From the NCBI GenBank assembly GCA_035373905.1, contig DAOSOK010000006.1:17102-81101 (forward strand): a DNA stretch of 64,000 bases, in the 5' to 3' direction. Both the position numbers and the translations under genes were made by a program. The notes under the pieces are model-generated. The model saw only the letters and a program-made list of their open reading frames with translations. It had not been told where the DNA came from and ran no database searches. Each line of letters begins with the position of its first letter. Position 1 is the first letter of the stretch. The stretch is from Candidatus Ozemobacteraceae bacterium (GTDB taxonomy: Bacteria; Muiribacteriota; Ozemobacteria; Ozemobacterales; Ozemobacteraceae). Shown piece by piece: positions 26,746 to 39,084 of the stretch.

Positions 26746-28234
26746 GGGTGACGAGATCTCCTTTCCACAGAAGCTCCCGGGCCATCTCCAGATCGGGGGC
26801 CTGGAAGCGGTCTTCCTTGAGCGGCGGAACGGCGGCGCGCAGCACCTCGTAAGCTGCGGCGGTGCCTTTTCCGAGAGCGAGGGGCTTGAGGAATTCGTAG
26901 GCCTGGCAGGCGCACAGCCATTCGATCGCGAGCACCTGGGCCGTGTTCGACAGGATGCGGGCTCCCTTGCGGGCCGCCACGGTGCCCATGCTGACGTGGT
27001 CTTCCTGATAGGCCGACGTGGGAATCGAGTCGACCGAGGCCGGGTGGGCCAGCACCTTGTTTTCGCTGACGATCGAGGCCGCCGTGTACTGCACGATCAT
27101 GAGACCGGAGTTCACGCCCGCATCGCCGGCGAGAAACGGCGGAAGGCCGCTGACGAGCGGGTTCACGAGCCGGTCGATGCGGCGCTCGCTGATGTTGGCG
27201 AGTTCGGCCATCGCGATGCCGAAGAAGTCGGCCGCCAGCGCCATCGGCTGGCCGTGGAAATGGCCGCCGGAGATGACGGTGTCGGCGCTGAGCAGGATCG
27301 GGTTGTCGGTGACCGAGTTCAATTCGATCGAGACCTGGGCGGCGAGGTGGTTGAGCGTCTCGCGTGTGGCCCCATGCACCTGGGGAACGCAGCGGAGGCT
27401 GTAAGCGTCCTGCACCTTCGTGCAGTTCACGTGGCTCGAACGCACCTCGCTGTCGGCGACGCAGGCCAGCACGTTGGCGGCCGTCTGCTTCAGGCCCTCG
27501 TAGGGACGCAGGGCAATGAAATCGGGGTTGTAGGGGCTCGTCGAGCCCTTGAGCACTTCGAGGGACAGCGCCGCGATCACGTCGGCGGCCCGCGCGACGT
27601 CGATGCCCCGCTGAACCGCGAGGCCGAGCACGCCGGTCATGACCGATGTGCCGTTGATGAGCGCCAGCCCTTCCTTCGCCTGCAGGGAAATCGCCTTCAG
27701 GCCGGCGCGTTCGAGCACCGGCCCAGTGGGGACGCGCTTGCCGTCGGCATCCATGACGAAGCCTTCGCCCATCAGCACGAGCATGATGTGCGAGAGTGGG
27801 GCCAGGTCACCCGAGCTTCCGACCGAGCCCTGGCTCGGCACCCACGGCGTCACGTCGTTGTTGAGAAGGGCCGCAAGGGCCTCGACGGCCTCGGGCCGGA
27901 TGCCGCTGACCCCGTGAAGAAGGGAATTGATGCGGATCGCGATCATCGCCCGCACCTCTTCCTTGCCGAACGGCTCTCCGACGCCGGTCGCATGGCTGCG
28001 GATCAGGTTCGTCTGGAGCTTGCCGAGGTCTTCTCTGCTGATGCGCGTGTTGCAGAGATGGCCAAACCCGGTGGTAATGCCGTATACGACGCGATCTTCC
28101 GCGATGAGCCGTTCGACGACGGCCCGCGACTCGCGCACCTTCGCCATGGCGGACGAAGCGATCGACACCCGCTCGCCGTCGGCGATCCTACGTAACTGTT
28201 CAAGCGTGAGACGTGTACCGGTTAGTTCGATCAT
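26717..28234 (-). CDS. hutH: Histidine ammonia-lyase (MIO-dependent); MIO triad reads Ser-Ser-Gly
   Basis: Start at [14 protein letters not shown], set by recounting; the Arg-rich 5' extension in the ORF track is rejected. Motifs VYGITTGFG and [14 protein letters not shown]. Overlaps hutU by 29 nt. Confidence 0.9.
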   Translation of the reverse strand: MIELTGTRLTLEQLRRIADGERVSIASSAMAKVRESRAVVERLIAEDRVVYGITTGFGHLCNTRISREDLGKLQTNLIRSHATGVGEPFGKEEVRAMIAIRINSLLHGVSGIRPEAVEALAALLNNDVTPWVPSQGSVGSSGDLAPLSHIMLVLMGEGFVMDADGKRVPTGPVLERAGLKAISLQAKEGLALINGTSVMTGVLGLAVQRGIDVARAADVIAALSLEVLKGSTSPYNPDFIALRPYEGLKQTAANVLACVADSEVRSSHVNCTKVQDAYSLRCVPQVHGATRETLNHLAAQVSIELNSVTDNPILLSADTVISGGHFHGQPMALAADFFGIAMAELANISERRIDRLVNPLVSGLPPFLAGDAGVNSGLMIVQYTAASIVSENKVLAHPASVDSIPTSAYQEDHVSMGTVAARKGARILSNTAQVLAIEWLCACQAYEFLKPLALGKGTAAAYEVLRAAVPPLKEDRFQAPDLEMARELLWKGDLVTHVAKRVQLV

Positions 28235-28251
28235 GACCTTTCCTTGTCGTT

Positions 28252-29028
28252 CTATTCGGAGTTGGGCGGCCGTAACGCATGCATGGCGGCGCCGAGGGCG
28301 CCGAAAAAGGAGCCTGAGGGGTGAAGCCCGACTTCGAAGCCCAGCAGGGAGCCAAGCTCGGCGGCCAGCGCGGCGTTCGCGCCGCCCCCGACGAGCAGGG
28401 CCGGGGCGCCGAAGCCGGTCCGCTGGAGCATCGCATGGAGTCGCTCCGCAACCGCGCGGAACACGCCTCGCGCGAGGGAGGCGCGGTCGACGCCGTCGGC
28501 CAGCCGTCCGATGATTTCGGATTCGGCGAACACGGCGCACGTGCTCGAAAGCCGCGCCGGTTCGGCGGCTTTCGCGGCGAGATCGGACAAGCCGGCCAGC
28601 GGCACGCCGAGGCTGTTCGCCACGAGCTCGAAAAACTTGCCGGTCCCGGCCGCGCACCGGTCGTTCATCTCGAAATCATCGACCTTGCCGGACTCGTCGA
28701 GGTGCATCGCTTTCGCATCCTGCCCGCCGATATCGATCAGCGTGCGCAGACCCGGCGCCAGCACCTGCGCGCCCACGGCGAACGCGCGGATCTCCGTGAG
28801 GGCCGTTCCCCGGCACGCATCGGCCGCCGGTCGGCGGCTGTAGCCGGTCGTTCCGATCGGCAGCGCATCGGCCGCGCACCGGGCCCGCAGGCGCCCGACC
28901 CAGTCGATGACGACGGCTTTTTCCAGGGCCCAGGACTCGAACACGACCGATTCGCGGATCAGGCCATCCTCGACCAGCACCGCTTTGGTGCGCCGGGAGC
29001 CGAGATCGAGGCCGATGGCGAACGTCAT
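28252..29028 (-). CDS. BadF/BadG/BcrA/BcrD-type ATPase (2-hydroxyacyl-CoA dehydratase activator-like), orphan
   Basis: Actin-fold ATPase motifs IGLDLGSRRTKAV, DIGGQDAK, and the activase signature MNDRCAAGTGKFFE. No dehydratase or reductase partner subunits in the window. Confidence 0.75.
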   Translation of the reverse strand: MTFAIGLDLGSRRTKAVLVEDGLIRESVVFESWALEKAVVIDWVGRLRARCAADALPIGTTGYSRRPAADACRGTALTEIRAFAVGAQVLAPGLRTLIDIGGQDAKAMHLDESGKVDDFEMNDRCAAGTGKFFELVANSLGVPLAGLSDLAAKAAEPARLSSTCAVFAESEIIGRLADGVDRASLARGVFRAVAERLHAMLQRTGFGAPALLVGGGANAALAAELGSLLGFEVGLHPSGSFFGALGAAMHALRPPNSE

Positions 29029-29121
29029 TGCCGTTCACCCGGGCATGAGCCGCCGCGCGTCTGATTCCGTATCCGCCCCGTTCCCATGGGGCGGATTATA
29101 TCACAGTATCCGCCTTCCGGC

Positions 29122-31038
29122 TCACTCTCCGAATTCGGCTTTCAGCTTCACGTAGGCGTTTTCGAGAAGGTCGCGGGCGATCTTGCAGACGTCGCCGATC
29201 ATCGGGAACCAGCGCTTCATCATGCGGACGGCCTGGAGTCTCACGCGCTTTTCGTCGTCGCAGAGGGAGCGAAGTTCGTTGAAGTCCATTTCGAACTTGA
29301 TGATGATCATCTGGACGATATGCATGAGATAGAGATTGAAATATTTCCCGAACATGATGATGCGCCCTCTGGCGCGCGTCAGTTCATCATGAATCTCGTT
29401 CAGGCGCTCGGTGGGAAACCGGTCGAGGAAATCCTTGAGCTCGTGGAAGCCTCCCTCGTCCAGCTCCTTTTCGAAGTCCGTCACCCGCTTCTCGCCCTTC
29501 TCGCAGTATTCGATGACGTTATCCACCTCGATCCGGGTGTTCTCGATCGTCTGCTTGAATCGTTTCCAGAGTTTCTGGACTTCTTCTTCCGTCGGAACGT
29601 GCAGGCTGCGAAACTGGGCGACGGCGTCGACCGGTCGGGTGCAGTATTTCGCGATGGCTTCGCGCAGGGGCATCACCTGGGTTCCCTCGATGAACGCGCC
29701 GCCCTCCGTCGCGTTGATGCATGTTCCCTGGTAATGGGCGACATCGGTCACGAAGCCGTTCCTGAACATGTTGAAGATCTCGGTCGTATACACCCACTCC
29801 TCGCAGTTGCCCTTCACCTTGAACAACTGGTGCTGTTTGAGATTCAGTTTCGTCGCATCGCTCACGCCGTCGGCGTGCGTGACGTCGGCGCTCTTCACGG
29901 CGCAGTCCTGCCCGACGAGGATGATCGGGTTGCAGCCGAGGGCCTCGAGAATCTTGAACGCAAGATTCGAGCAGGAGGCGCCGGACGGGAGAGTTCCTTT
30001 CGGGATGTCGATCCAGTCGAAATGGGCGAAGGCGCGATAGACGATGACGATCGGCCCTTTCCAGTTCGCGTAGGTCTGCGGCATGATGACCGGCGTCGCC
30101 GAAAGCCAGATATCTTTCAGCTGCTCTTCCGTGAACTCTTCAAAGAGACTCGCCGTCTTGAGAATGCGTTCGAGCGACGCCACGGCGTGAGGTTTGATGC
30201 CGTGTTTCAGCAGGATGCGGAGGGCCGAATCGGCGCAGATCATCACGCATTTGCCCTGCGCCGCATGCAGCTCCTCGATGTTTTTGTTGAGCGACGGTCC
30301 GGTCGAGACGATGATGCCCGGAACGTTCCGGAACTTCCCGAACAGGTCCTTGATGCCCGGGTTGCGCATGATGATGCTGAGGTTGGCCATGATGTTCTCG
30401 ACGCCGATCATCGAGTCCTTCGGGCAGTTGCCGTAGTTCAGCACGATCTGGTGCGCCGCTTCCCGGAACGCTTTCACCGCTTCCGTGTGATAGCTGCCGT
30501 GCAGTTTCGACAACGCCGGATGATCGAAGACGACGAGCGTTTTCAGAAAGAGCTGCAGCGATATGCCCGACTGTTTGATCATGTCGTTCATGACGGCAAA
30601 CAGTTCGTTCTCGGGCACGCCGATCACCCAGCGAATTTTTTCCGATTCGAGAAGATCGGAGATGTCGGCATGCTTCACCACCTGCGTCAGGGCCTGCATG
30701 TCCTTCTCGACGACCACGATGAAGAAGTTTTCCTTCAGCTGTTCGAGCGCGGCCCTGATGTGATACCCCAACCCCAGTCCGAGAATCATCAGCAGCTTGG
30801 GGTTCTTGAAATTCATCCCCGCGATCTGCTGCTCGGCTTCGCGAACGGGGTCATACTTGCTGTGAATCTGCGTGACCGTTTCGCCGACCTTCACCGCGAG
30901 AGTCGGAACCTTCGTCTTCGACGGCTCGATGAGATACGCGATCGGGCTCGGTTCGTTCATCTCGACGACTTTTGCGAGCACCGGAAACCGCTTGCGAAGG
31001 ACTTTCATGTTCTTGGCGTAGGGGGTTGGCGATGACAT
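29122..31038 (-). CDS. maf: Motility-associated factor (Maf) family protein, putative flagellin nonulosonic-acid glycosyltransferase (paralog 1)
   Basis: 638 aa. DUF115/MptE-like core (IIVSTGPSLNKN...CADSALRILLKHGIKPH...ILVGQDCA) typical of Campylobacter/Helicobacter Maf proteins. Immediately downstream of the pse genes. Confidence 0.8.
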   Translation of the reverse strand: MSSPTPYAKNMKVLRKRFPVLAKVVEMNEPSPIAYLIEPSKTKVPTLAVKVGETVTQIHSKYDPVREAEQQIAGMNFKNPKLLMILGLGLGYHIRAALEQLKENFFIVVVEKDMQALTQVVKHADISDLLESEKIRWVIGVPENELFAVMNDMIKQSGISLQLFLKTLVVFDHPALSKLHGSYHTEAVKAFREAAHQIVLNYGNCPKDSMIGVENIMANLSIIMRNPGIKDLFGKFRNVPGIIVSTGPSLNKNIEELHAAQGKCVMICADSALRILLKHGIKPHAVASLERILKTASLFEEFTEEQLKDIWLSATPVIMPQTYANWKGPIVIVYRAFAHFDWIDIPKGTLPSGASCSNLAFKILEALGCNPIILVGQDCAVKSADVTHADGVSDATKLNLKQHQLFKVKGNCEEWVYTTEIFNMFRNGFVTDVAHYQGTCINATEGGAFIEGTQVMPLREAIAKYCTRPVDAVAQFRSLHVPTEEEVQKLWKRFKQTIENTRIEVDNVIEYCEKGEKRVTDFEKELDEGGFHELKDFLDRFPTERLNEIHDELTRARGRIIMFGKYFNLYLMHIVQMIIIKFEMDFNELRSLCDDEKRVRLQAVRMMKRWFPMIGDVCKIARDLLENAYVKLKAEFGE

Positions 31039-31174
31039 GCTCTTCTCCTGGTTGCAATCGGTTCCGGAACCTGCGCCGGCCCGGTTTCGGGATATTCAGA
31101 ACGTCACAGCGCCGGCTCGCCGTTCAGGATATACCTTCACGGGGTTTCGTACAACTCCCGGCTTCGAATCGTCG

Positions 31175-31996
31175 TCAGGCCGTTCTGCGCCGGTGAGCGA
31201 TCCAGGCGGTCAGCAAAACGGCTCTGTCGATCGCCGGACCGCCGAAAGAGGCCGCGTCAACGGGCAGTTCGGAAACGAGAATAGTTTTTGATATTATACC
31301 TATCCCGCGCGCCGGTATGACATACACGGCCTCCGCATCCGGGTCTCTCGCCGCTTCGCCCGTCCGGAAATCGTCGTCGAGACGGATCGTGACGAGACCG
31401 GCATCACCCGCAGTTTTTTCAGAGCACCCCAGGGAAGCCAGGATCCTTCGCATCGTGACGGCCTCTTCGCATCCCGAATCGGAAAGAATGCGGCACGCAC
31501 ACCCGGAAAGGCCGACGCCGACGGGCTTGACCCATTCGAAATACCGCCGGTCGCCGCGCACCCGATCGCCGAGAGAACGGAATCCGGCTTTTTCGAAGAT
31601 CCGCCGGGAAGCGAGGTTGTCGAGAAACGTCTCGGCCCGGATCAGCACGGCGCGCTCGATGACTTCGGAGCGTTCGACAGCCTTGCCGAGCAGGAGCGTG
31701 CCGATGCCTTTTCCGAGATGCTCCGGGGCGATGCCGATCGATACGGTCAGCGTTCCAGGCAACGGCGCCGGATCGAACCGTATCTGCCCCACCGGCCCGT
31801 CCGTTGCGTCTTCCATGATGAATCCGACGCGCCTGGAGTCGCCGAGAAACCGGTTGAACCAGGCGGCATGTTCCGCCGGATCGATCGGACGATCCGTGAA
31901 AGACCAGCGCCGATGTTCATCGGAATTGCGCCAGCGCAGCAGCAATTCCATGTCCCCGGGCCGGAACGGGCGAAGCGTTCTCACACCATGTCCCAC
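31175..31996 (-). CDS. pseH: GNAT N-acetyltransferase of the pseudaminic-acid pathway with about 100-aa C-terminal extension
   Basis: N-terminal about 165 aa GNAT domain (LRPFRPGDMELLLRWRN...HLGKGIGTLLLGKAVE...FEKAGF). Sits between pseI and maf. C-terminal extension has no recognised motif. Overlaps pseI by 16 nt. Confidence 0.6.
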   Translation of the reverse strand: MGHGVRTLRPFRPGDMELLLRWRNSDEHRRWSFTDRPIDPAEHAAWFNRFLGDSRRVGFIMEDATDGPVGQIRFDPAPLPGTLTVSIGIAPEHLGKGIGTLLLGKAVERSEVIERAVLIRAETFLDNLASRRIFEKAGFRSLGDRVRGDRRYFEWVKPVGVGLSGCACRILSDSGCEEAVTMRRILASLGCSEKTAGDAGLVTIRLDDDFRTGEAARDPDAEAVYVIPARGIGIISKTILVSELPVDAASFGGPAIDRAVLLTAWIAHRRRTA

Positions 31997-33030
31997 GTGA
32001 GAATATCGTCCTCCTCGATGTCACGGACGGCCCTGCGCCCGACAACGAGATCGAGAAACCTCGTCGGTATACCGAAACCGGGACGTTTCACCTCGATCAT
32101 GTCCCGCGTGATAACCGATCCGCGCGGAATGGCCCGGGCCGCCACCAGGCTTCGCCTGGCGATGCGGTATAGTTCCTGCTCGGCGGCGGTATGGTGCTTG
32201 ATCGGACTGCCGAGAGCCGCTTCGGTCTGGCGGATGGCCGTCACCATCTCCTTCAGTTCGTGCGGCTCGAGGGAAAAGGGATGATCCGGCCCTTCCTGAT
32301 TCCGGCTCAGCGTGCAGTGTTTTTCGATGATACATGCCCCGCGCGCCACGGCGGCGACATCCGTTATATATCCCATCGTATGGTCGGAGAAACCGACGGG
32401 CGCCTGGAACGCCTGCCGGAGGGTGTCCATCGCCCGCAGATGCAGGTTCTCGTATGCCGGCGGATACGCGATCGCGCAATGCAGCAGGGCCACGTCCCTT
32501 CCCCCCGCCTGTTTGAACGTCTGCAGGGCGACCTCGATGTCTTCCAGGTTGGCCATGCCGGTGGAAAGGATGAGCGGCTTGCCCGTCCGCGCGACCCGCT
32601 CGATGAGCGGGAGATGGGTGATCTCGAAGCTCGCGATCTTGTAGGCCTCGACCCCGGCCGCTTCGAGTTCTTCGACGGCGGGAATGTCGAACGGCGTGCA
32701 GAGAAACATGATGTTTTTCTTGCGGCAATGGCTCATCAGCTGGTCGGTCCAGCCACGAGGAATTTCGAGGCGTTTGATGATGTCCCAGAGCGTTTCGCCA
32801 TCCTTCGCCAGCTTCTTGTCTTTCAGGTAGCTGGCCATCGGAGTTTTCTTCGAGTAGATCTTCTCCGCCGCAAAAATCTGGAACTTCACCGCATCGGCCC
32901 CGGCGTCTGCTGCGACGTCGATGAGGCGGATCGCGGTGTCGAAATCACGGTTATGATTGCTGCCGGCTTCGGCGATGATGAAGCACGGCCTCGAGTCTCC
33001 GATATGGCGATGTCCGATGGTTATCTGCAT
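31981..33030 (-). CDS. pseI: Pseudaminic acid synthase (NeuB family with C-terminal SAF domain)
   Basis: NeuB signatures CFIIAEAGSNHN, DAVKFQ, KIASFE, LSTGMA, GFSDHT, and C-terminal antifreeze-like SAF domain. Confidence 0.9.
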   Translation of the reverse strand: MQITIGHRHIGDSRPCFIIAEAGSNHNRDFDTAIRLIDVAADAGADAVKFQIFAAEKIYSKKTPMASYLKDKKLAKDGETLWDIIKRLEIPRGWTDQLMSHCRKKNIMFLCTPFDIPAVEELEAAGVEAYKIASFEITHLPLIERVARTGKPLILSTGMANLEDIEVALQTFKQAGGRDVALLHCAIAYPPAYENLHLRAMDTLRQAFQAPVGFSDHTMGYITDVAAVARGACIIEKHCTLSRNQEGPDHPFSLEPHELKEMVTAIRQTEAALGSPIKHHTAAEQELYRIARRSLVAARAIPRGSVITRDMIEVKRPGFGIPTRFLDLVVGRRAVRDIEEDDILTWDMV

Positions 33031-33039
33031 GCAGCCTCC

Positions 33040-34053
33040 TCAGCCCGTTTTCATCATCGCGGTGAGAGCCGCCGCCACACGGTCCGCTCCCCAGCCGTCG
33101 ATCATGGCGCGCTGTCGCGCGATCATGCCTGCCGTTGCGACCGGTTCGCGTTTCAGGCGGCGAACGGCTTCGACGATCGATTGTACCGGCAGGTCCGAAC
33201 GGGCGTCAACGACCACGCCCGTGTCGTATCTCGCGACGATGTCCAGCGTCCGTCTCTGGTTCTCGACCCAGACGACCGCGACGCTCGGCCGGCCGATGCA
33301 GCAGGTCTCCCACAGCGTCGTTCCGCCGCCCGTCACGGCGACGGCGGCCCCGCCAATAAGGCCGGGAAGCGAGTCCACGTTTCTGACGAGCCTGCGTCGG
33401 GCTCCGCCTTGCTCCCATTCGCACAGTCTGTCGACGGGACAGGCAGGCCCGACGGCCGCGACGACCGGAGCTTCACGCGCCTCGCTCGATAAAGATGCAA
33501 GTATATCCATGAGCCGATTTTGTACGTCGCCTCCGCCAAGCGTGACGAGAATATGCCCGTCGGCCGGAACGGGCGTTCCGGCGAAAGCCCGAATCTCTGG
33601 ACGGACCAGCGCATACGTCTCGCCGCAAAGGCAGAGCGGCACGCCCCGTTTCGCATACGGCTCAGGGACTGCGCCCGGATTGGGGTTTATCACGGCATCG
33701 ACGGGCAGAATGCGATCGGCCAGGTCGTCGATGACGGCAAGGCGGGGTCCGGCGGCCCAAAGCGCGGTGAAATCCTCGGTGGTAAAACCGTAATGGTCGA
33801 CGACCAGGAGGTCGGCCCGGTGCATCTTCGCCGCCATAGCCGTCTTGAACCCCTGCGCCGATCCGCCATCCGTCGGGACCCAGGGCATGGCCGCGCCGGA
33901 TATATCGCTCCATATTTTGCCGGGATCCGAGACGGTCAGGAGCGTCGGCTCCCAGCCCAGATCGCGCATCGCAAGAGCAAGCGTGCGGCACCGCATGACA
34001 TGCCCGAGGCCGATCTCCTCTCCGGCGTCGGCCCGGATCAGCAGTCTGGGCAT
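33040..34053 (-). CDS. pseG: UDP-2,4-diacetamido-2,4,6-trideoxy-beta-L-altropyranose hydrolase
   Basis: N-terminal IRADAGEEIGLGHVMRCRTLA signature of PseG (GT28-C-like fold). 337 aa. Confidence 0.8.
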   Translation of the reverse strand: MPRLLIRADAGEEIGLGHVMRCRTLALAMRDLGWEPTLLTVSDPGKIWSDISGAAMPWVPTDGGSAQGFKTAMAAKMHRADLLVVDHYGFTTEDFTALWAAGPRLAVIDDLADRILPVDAVINPNPGAVPEPYAKRGVPLCLCGETYALVRPEIRAFAGTPVPADGHILVTLGGGDVQNRLMDILASLSSEAREAPVVAAVGPACPVDRLCEWEQGGARRRLVRNVDSLPGLIGGAAVAVTGGGTTLWETCCIGRPSVAVVWVENQRRTLDIVARYDTGVVVDARSDLPVQSIVEAVRRLKREPVATAGMIARQRAMIDGWGADRVAAALTAMMKTG

Positions 34054-34059
34054 TTCATA

Positions 34060-34844
34060 TCATCCCAGCGTCAAGGTGCGCTTTTCGGCCTTGACGGCTT
34101 TTCTGACCCCTTCGTAGCGGTCCTGGCCGCCGTTGATCGCGACGATCTCGGGATGGGCCTCGAGAAGCCGGAGCATCTCGTAGAGGGAGGGAAGTTCGGT
34201 CGCAGGGGGGATAAGCGCCAGAAGAGCCTTCAGAAATTCGTAGTCCTCCGGACGGTCCAGCGTGACCCTGAAACGGGAGGCATCCCTGCCGAACGTAACG
34301 TTTCCGAATTTGAAATGATCGCGGTTTTCGCGGATGAACAGGGTCACGTGCTCCCGGTGCGACGGCAGGGTCGCCTCTTCGGCGACGCGCTTCAGGAGTT
34401 GCGTCGACAGGGCCTCGACGTCCAGTCCGTGCGGGAAGGTCGGCGGATGCAGGTTCGAAACGTAATCGAACGCACCGGTTTCATGCATCGCGATCACGTC
34501 GTCGACGACGCCCGGATCGATCAACGGACAGTCGGCGGTGATGCGCACCACCCGCCGGCAGGGCCATACGGTGACACATTTCGCAAAGCGTTCCAGGACA
34601 TCCATGGCCGAGCCTCGGAAACAGGGCACCCCGGCAGTTTTGCACCAGGATTCCACCGCATCGTCCTCAGGCTGCGTCGTCGTCGCGACGACGACCCGGG
34701 CAATGCGGGAAACGGCGCGGGTACGCCTGACGACGTGGCCGAGAACCGTCATTCCCTGCAGATCGAGCAGGATTTTCCCGGGCAGTCGCGACGAGCCCAT
34801 TCTCGCCTGGATGACCGCCTGCGTTTCGACCCGATCGTTGCCGC

Positions 34845-34848
<4 letters not shown>
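34060..34848 (-). CDS. pseF: Pseudaminic acid cytidylyltransferase (SpsF/PseF family)
   Basis: AVIQARMGSSRLPGK N-terminal nucleotide-binding motif of SpsF/PseF cytidylyltransferases. Stop overlaps pseC start. Confidence 0.8.
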
Positions 34849-38051
<3,203 letters not shown>

Positions 38052-38061
38052 GGTTCCCGTC

Positions 38062-39084
38062 TCAGCGCTTGACCGGGCAGTTCTGCTGGCAGCTGCCCAT
38101 GTCGATGACGCTGTTGTCGCCGATGTTGATCCGCTGGGACAGCCCCGTCAGCTCGACCGAGTCACCCACCAGCGAGTTCTCGAGCATGACGTTCCGAAGC
38201 ACCGAGTTCGCGTTGATGACGGAGTCTTTTATTATAGAATCCTCTATTTTACATCCGCCGGCGATCGAAACGTGAGGCCCGATCACCGAGTGATGCACCT
38301 GCGCCGTCGGGTCGATCGCGACCGGCGGAATGATGACGCAGCCCTCGACGCAGTAATGACTCCGGGTCGAGTTTTCCAGCAGATACCGGTTCGTCGCAAG
38401 CAGGGTTTCGGGCTTGCCGCAGTCGAGCCACTCATCGATCTCGGGCGCGCCGAGCTTCATGCCGTCCGCAATCATCAGCTTGAAGACCTCGGGAAGATAG
38501 TATTCACCCTTCACCGTCAGCCTGCGCTCGATCGCCGTGCGCAGGTATTTCATCAGGGCCATCCCGTCCTTCAGGTAATACAAGCCGACCTGGGCAAGCC
38601 TGCTGACGGGGGTGTCGGGCTTTTCGACCATGTCGACGATCACGCCGTCCTTCATGACGTTGACACCGAACCGTTTGTAATCCTCGACCTCTTTCGAGTA
38701 GATGAGGCCGTCGAGGCCGTCGCAGAGGCGCGGAATGCGCGTGAGGTCCGTCACGAACAGGGTGTCGTTGAATACCACGAGGACTTCGTCGCCGGCCTTG
38801 ATGCGAGGCTCGGCGAGCCAGACGGCATGCGCCGGCCCCAGCCGCTCGTTCTGGACGATGAACGACACGTTCACTTTCGGATAATTCTTTCGCACGAACT
38901 CCTCGATGATGTCGCCGTTCTCGTCGGTGATGAAGATGACCTCGTCGACCTTGATCCGGCCGAGATTCGCCATCACGTGTTCGAGCACGGTCTTTCCGGC
39001 CACGCGGACCATCGATTTCGGCTTGGTGTGAGTATGCGGCCGAAGCCTCGTTCCCTTCCCGGCAACCGGCAGAATGACTTTCAT
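38062..39084 (-). CDS. Sugar-1-phosphate nucleotidyltransferase with C-terminal left-handed beta-helix (hexapeptide) domain
   Basis: Start [26 protein letters not shown] (G-x-G-T-R-L nucleotidyltransferase motif), set by recounting. Its ATG overlaps the ugd stop (ATGA). C-terminal hexapeptide repeats. The 549-aa ORF-track extension is Arg-rich read-through into ugd and is rejected. Confidence 0.8.
   Translation of the reverse strand: MKVILPVAGKGTRLRPHTHTKPKSMVRVAGKTVLEHVMANLGRIKVDEVIFITDENGDIIEEFVRKNYPKVNVSFIVQNERLGPAHAVWLAEPRIKAGDEVLVVFNDTLFVTDLTRIPRLCDGLDGLIYSKEVEDYKRFGVNVMKDGVIVDMVEKPDTPVSRLAQVGLYYLKDGMALMKYLRTAIERRLTVKGEYYLPEVFKLMIADGMKLGAPEIDEWLDCGKPETLLATNRYLLENSTRSHYCVEGCVIIPPVAIDPTAQVHHSVIGPHVSIAGGCKIEDSIIKDSVINANSVLRNVMLENSLVGDSVELTGLSQRINIGDNSVIDMGSCQQNCPVKR

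Noticed and set aside
26717-28657. 646-aa ORF-track version of hutH
   Set aside because: The first 141 residues are Arg/Pro-rich junk reading through the upstream gene. The true start is the MIELTG Met at 28234, giving a canonical HAL of about 505 aa.
31300-31500. Small minus-strand ORF (66 aa) inside the pseH 3' region, and the possibility that the pseH C-terminal extension is a separate gene
   Set aside because: No RBS or start context supports an independent gene. Kept as a single CDS with a note.
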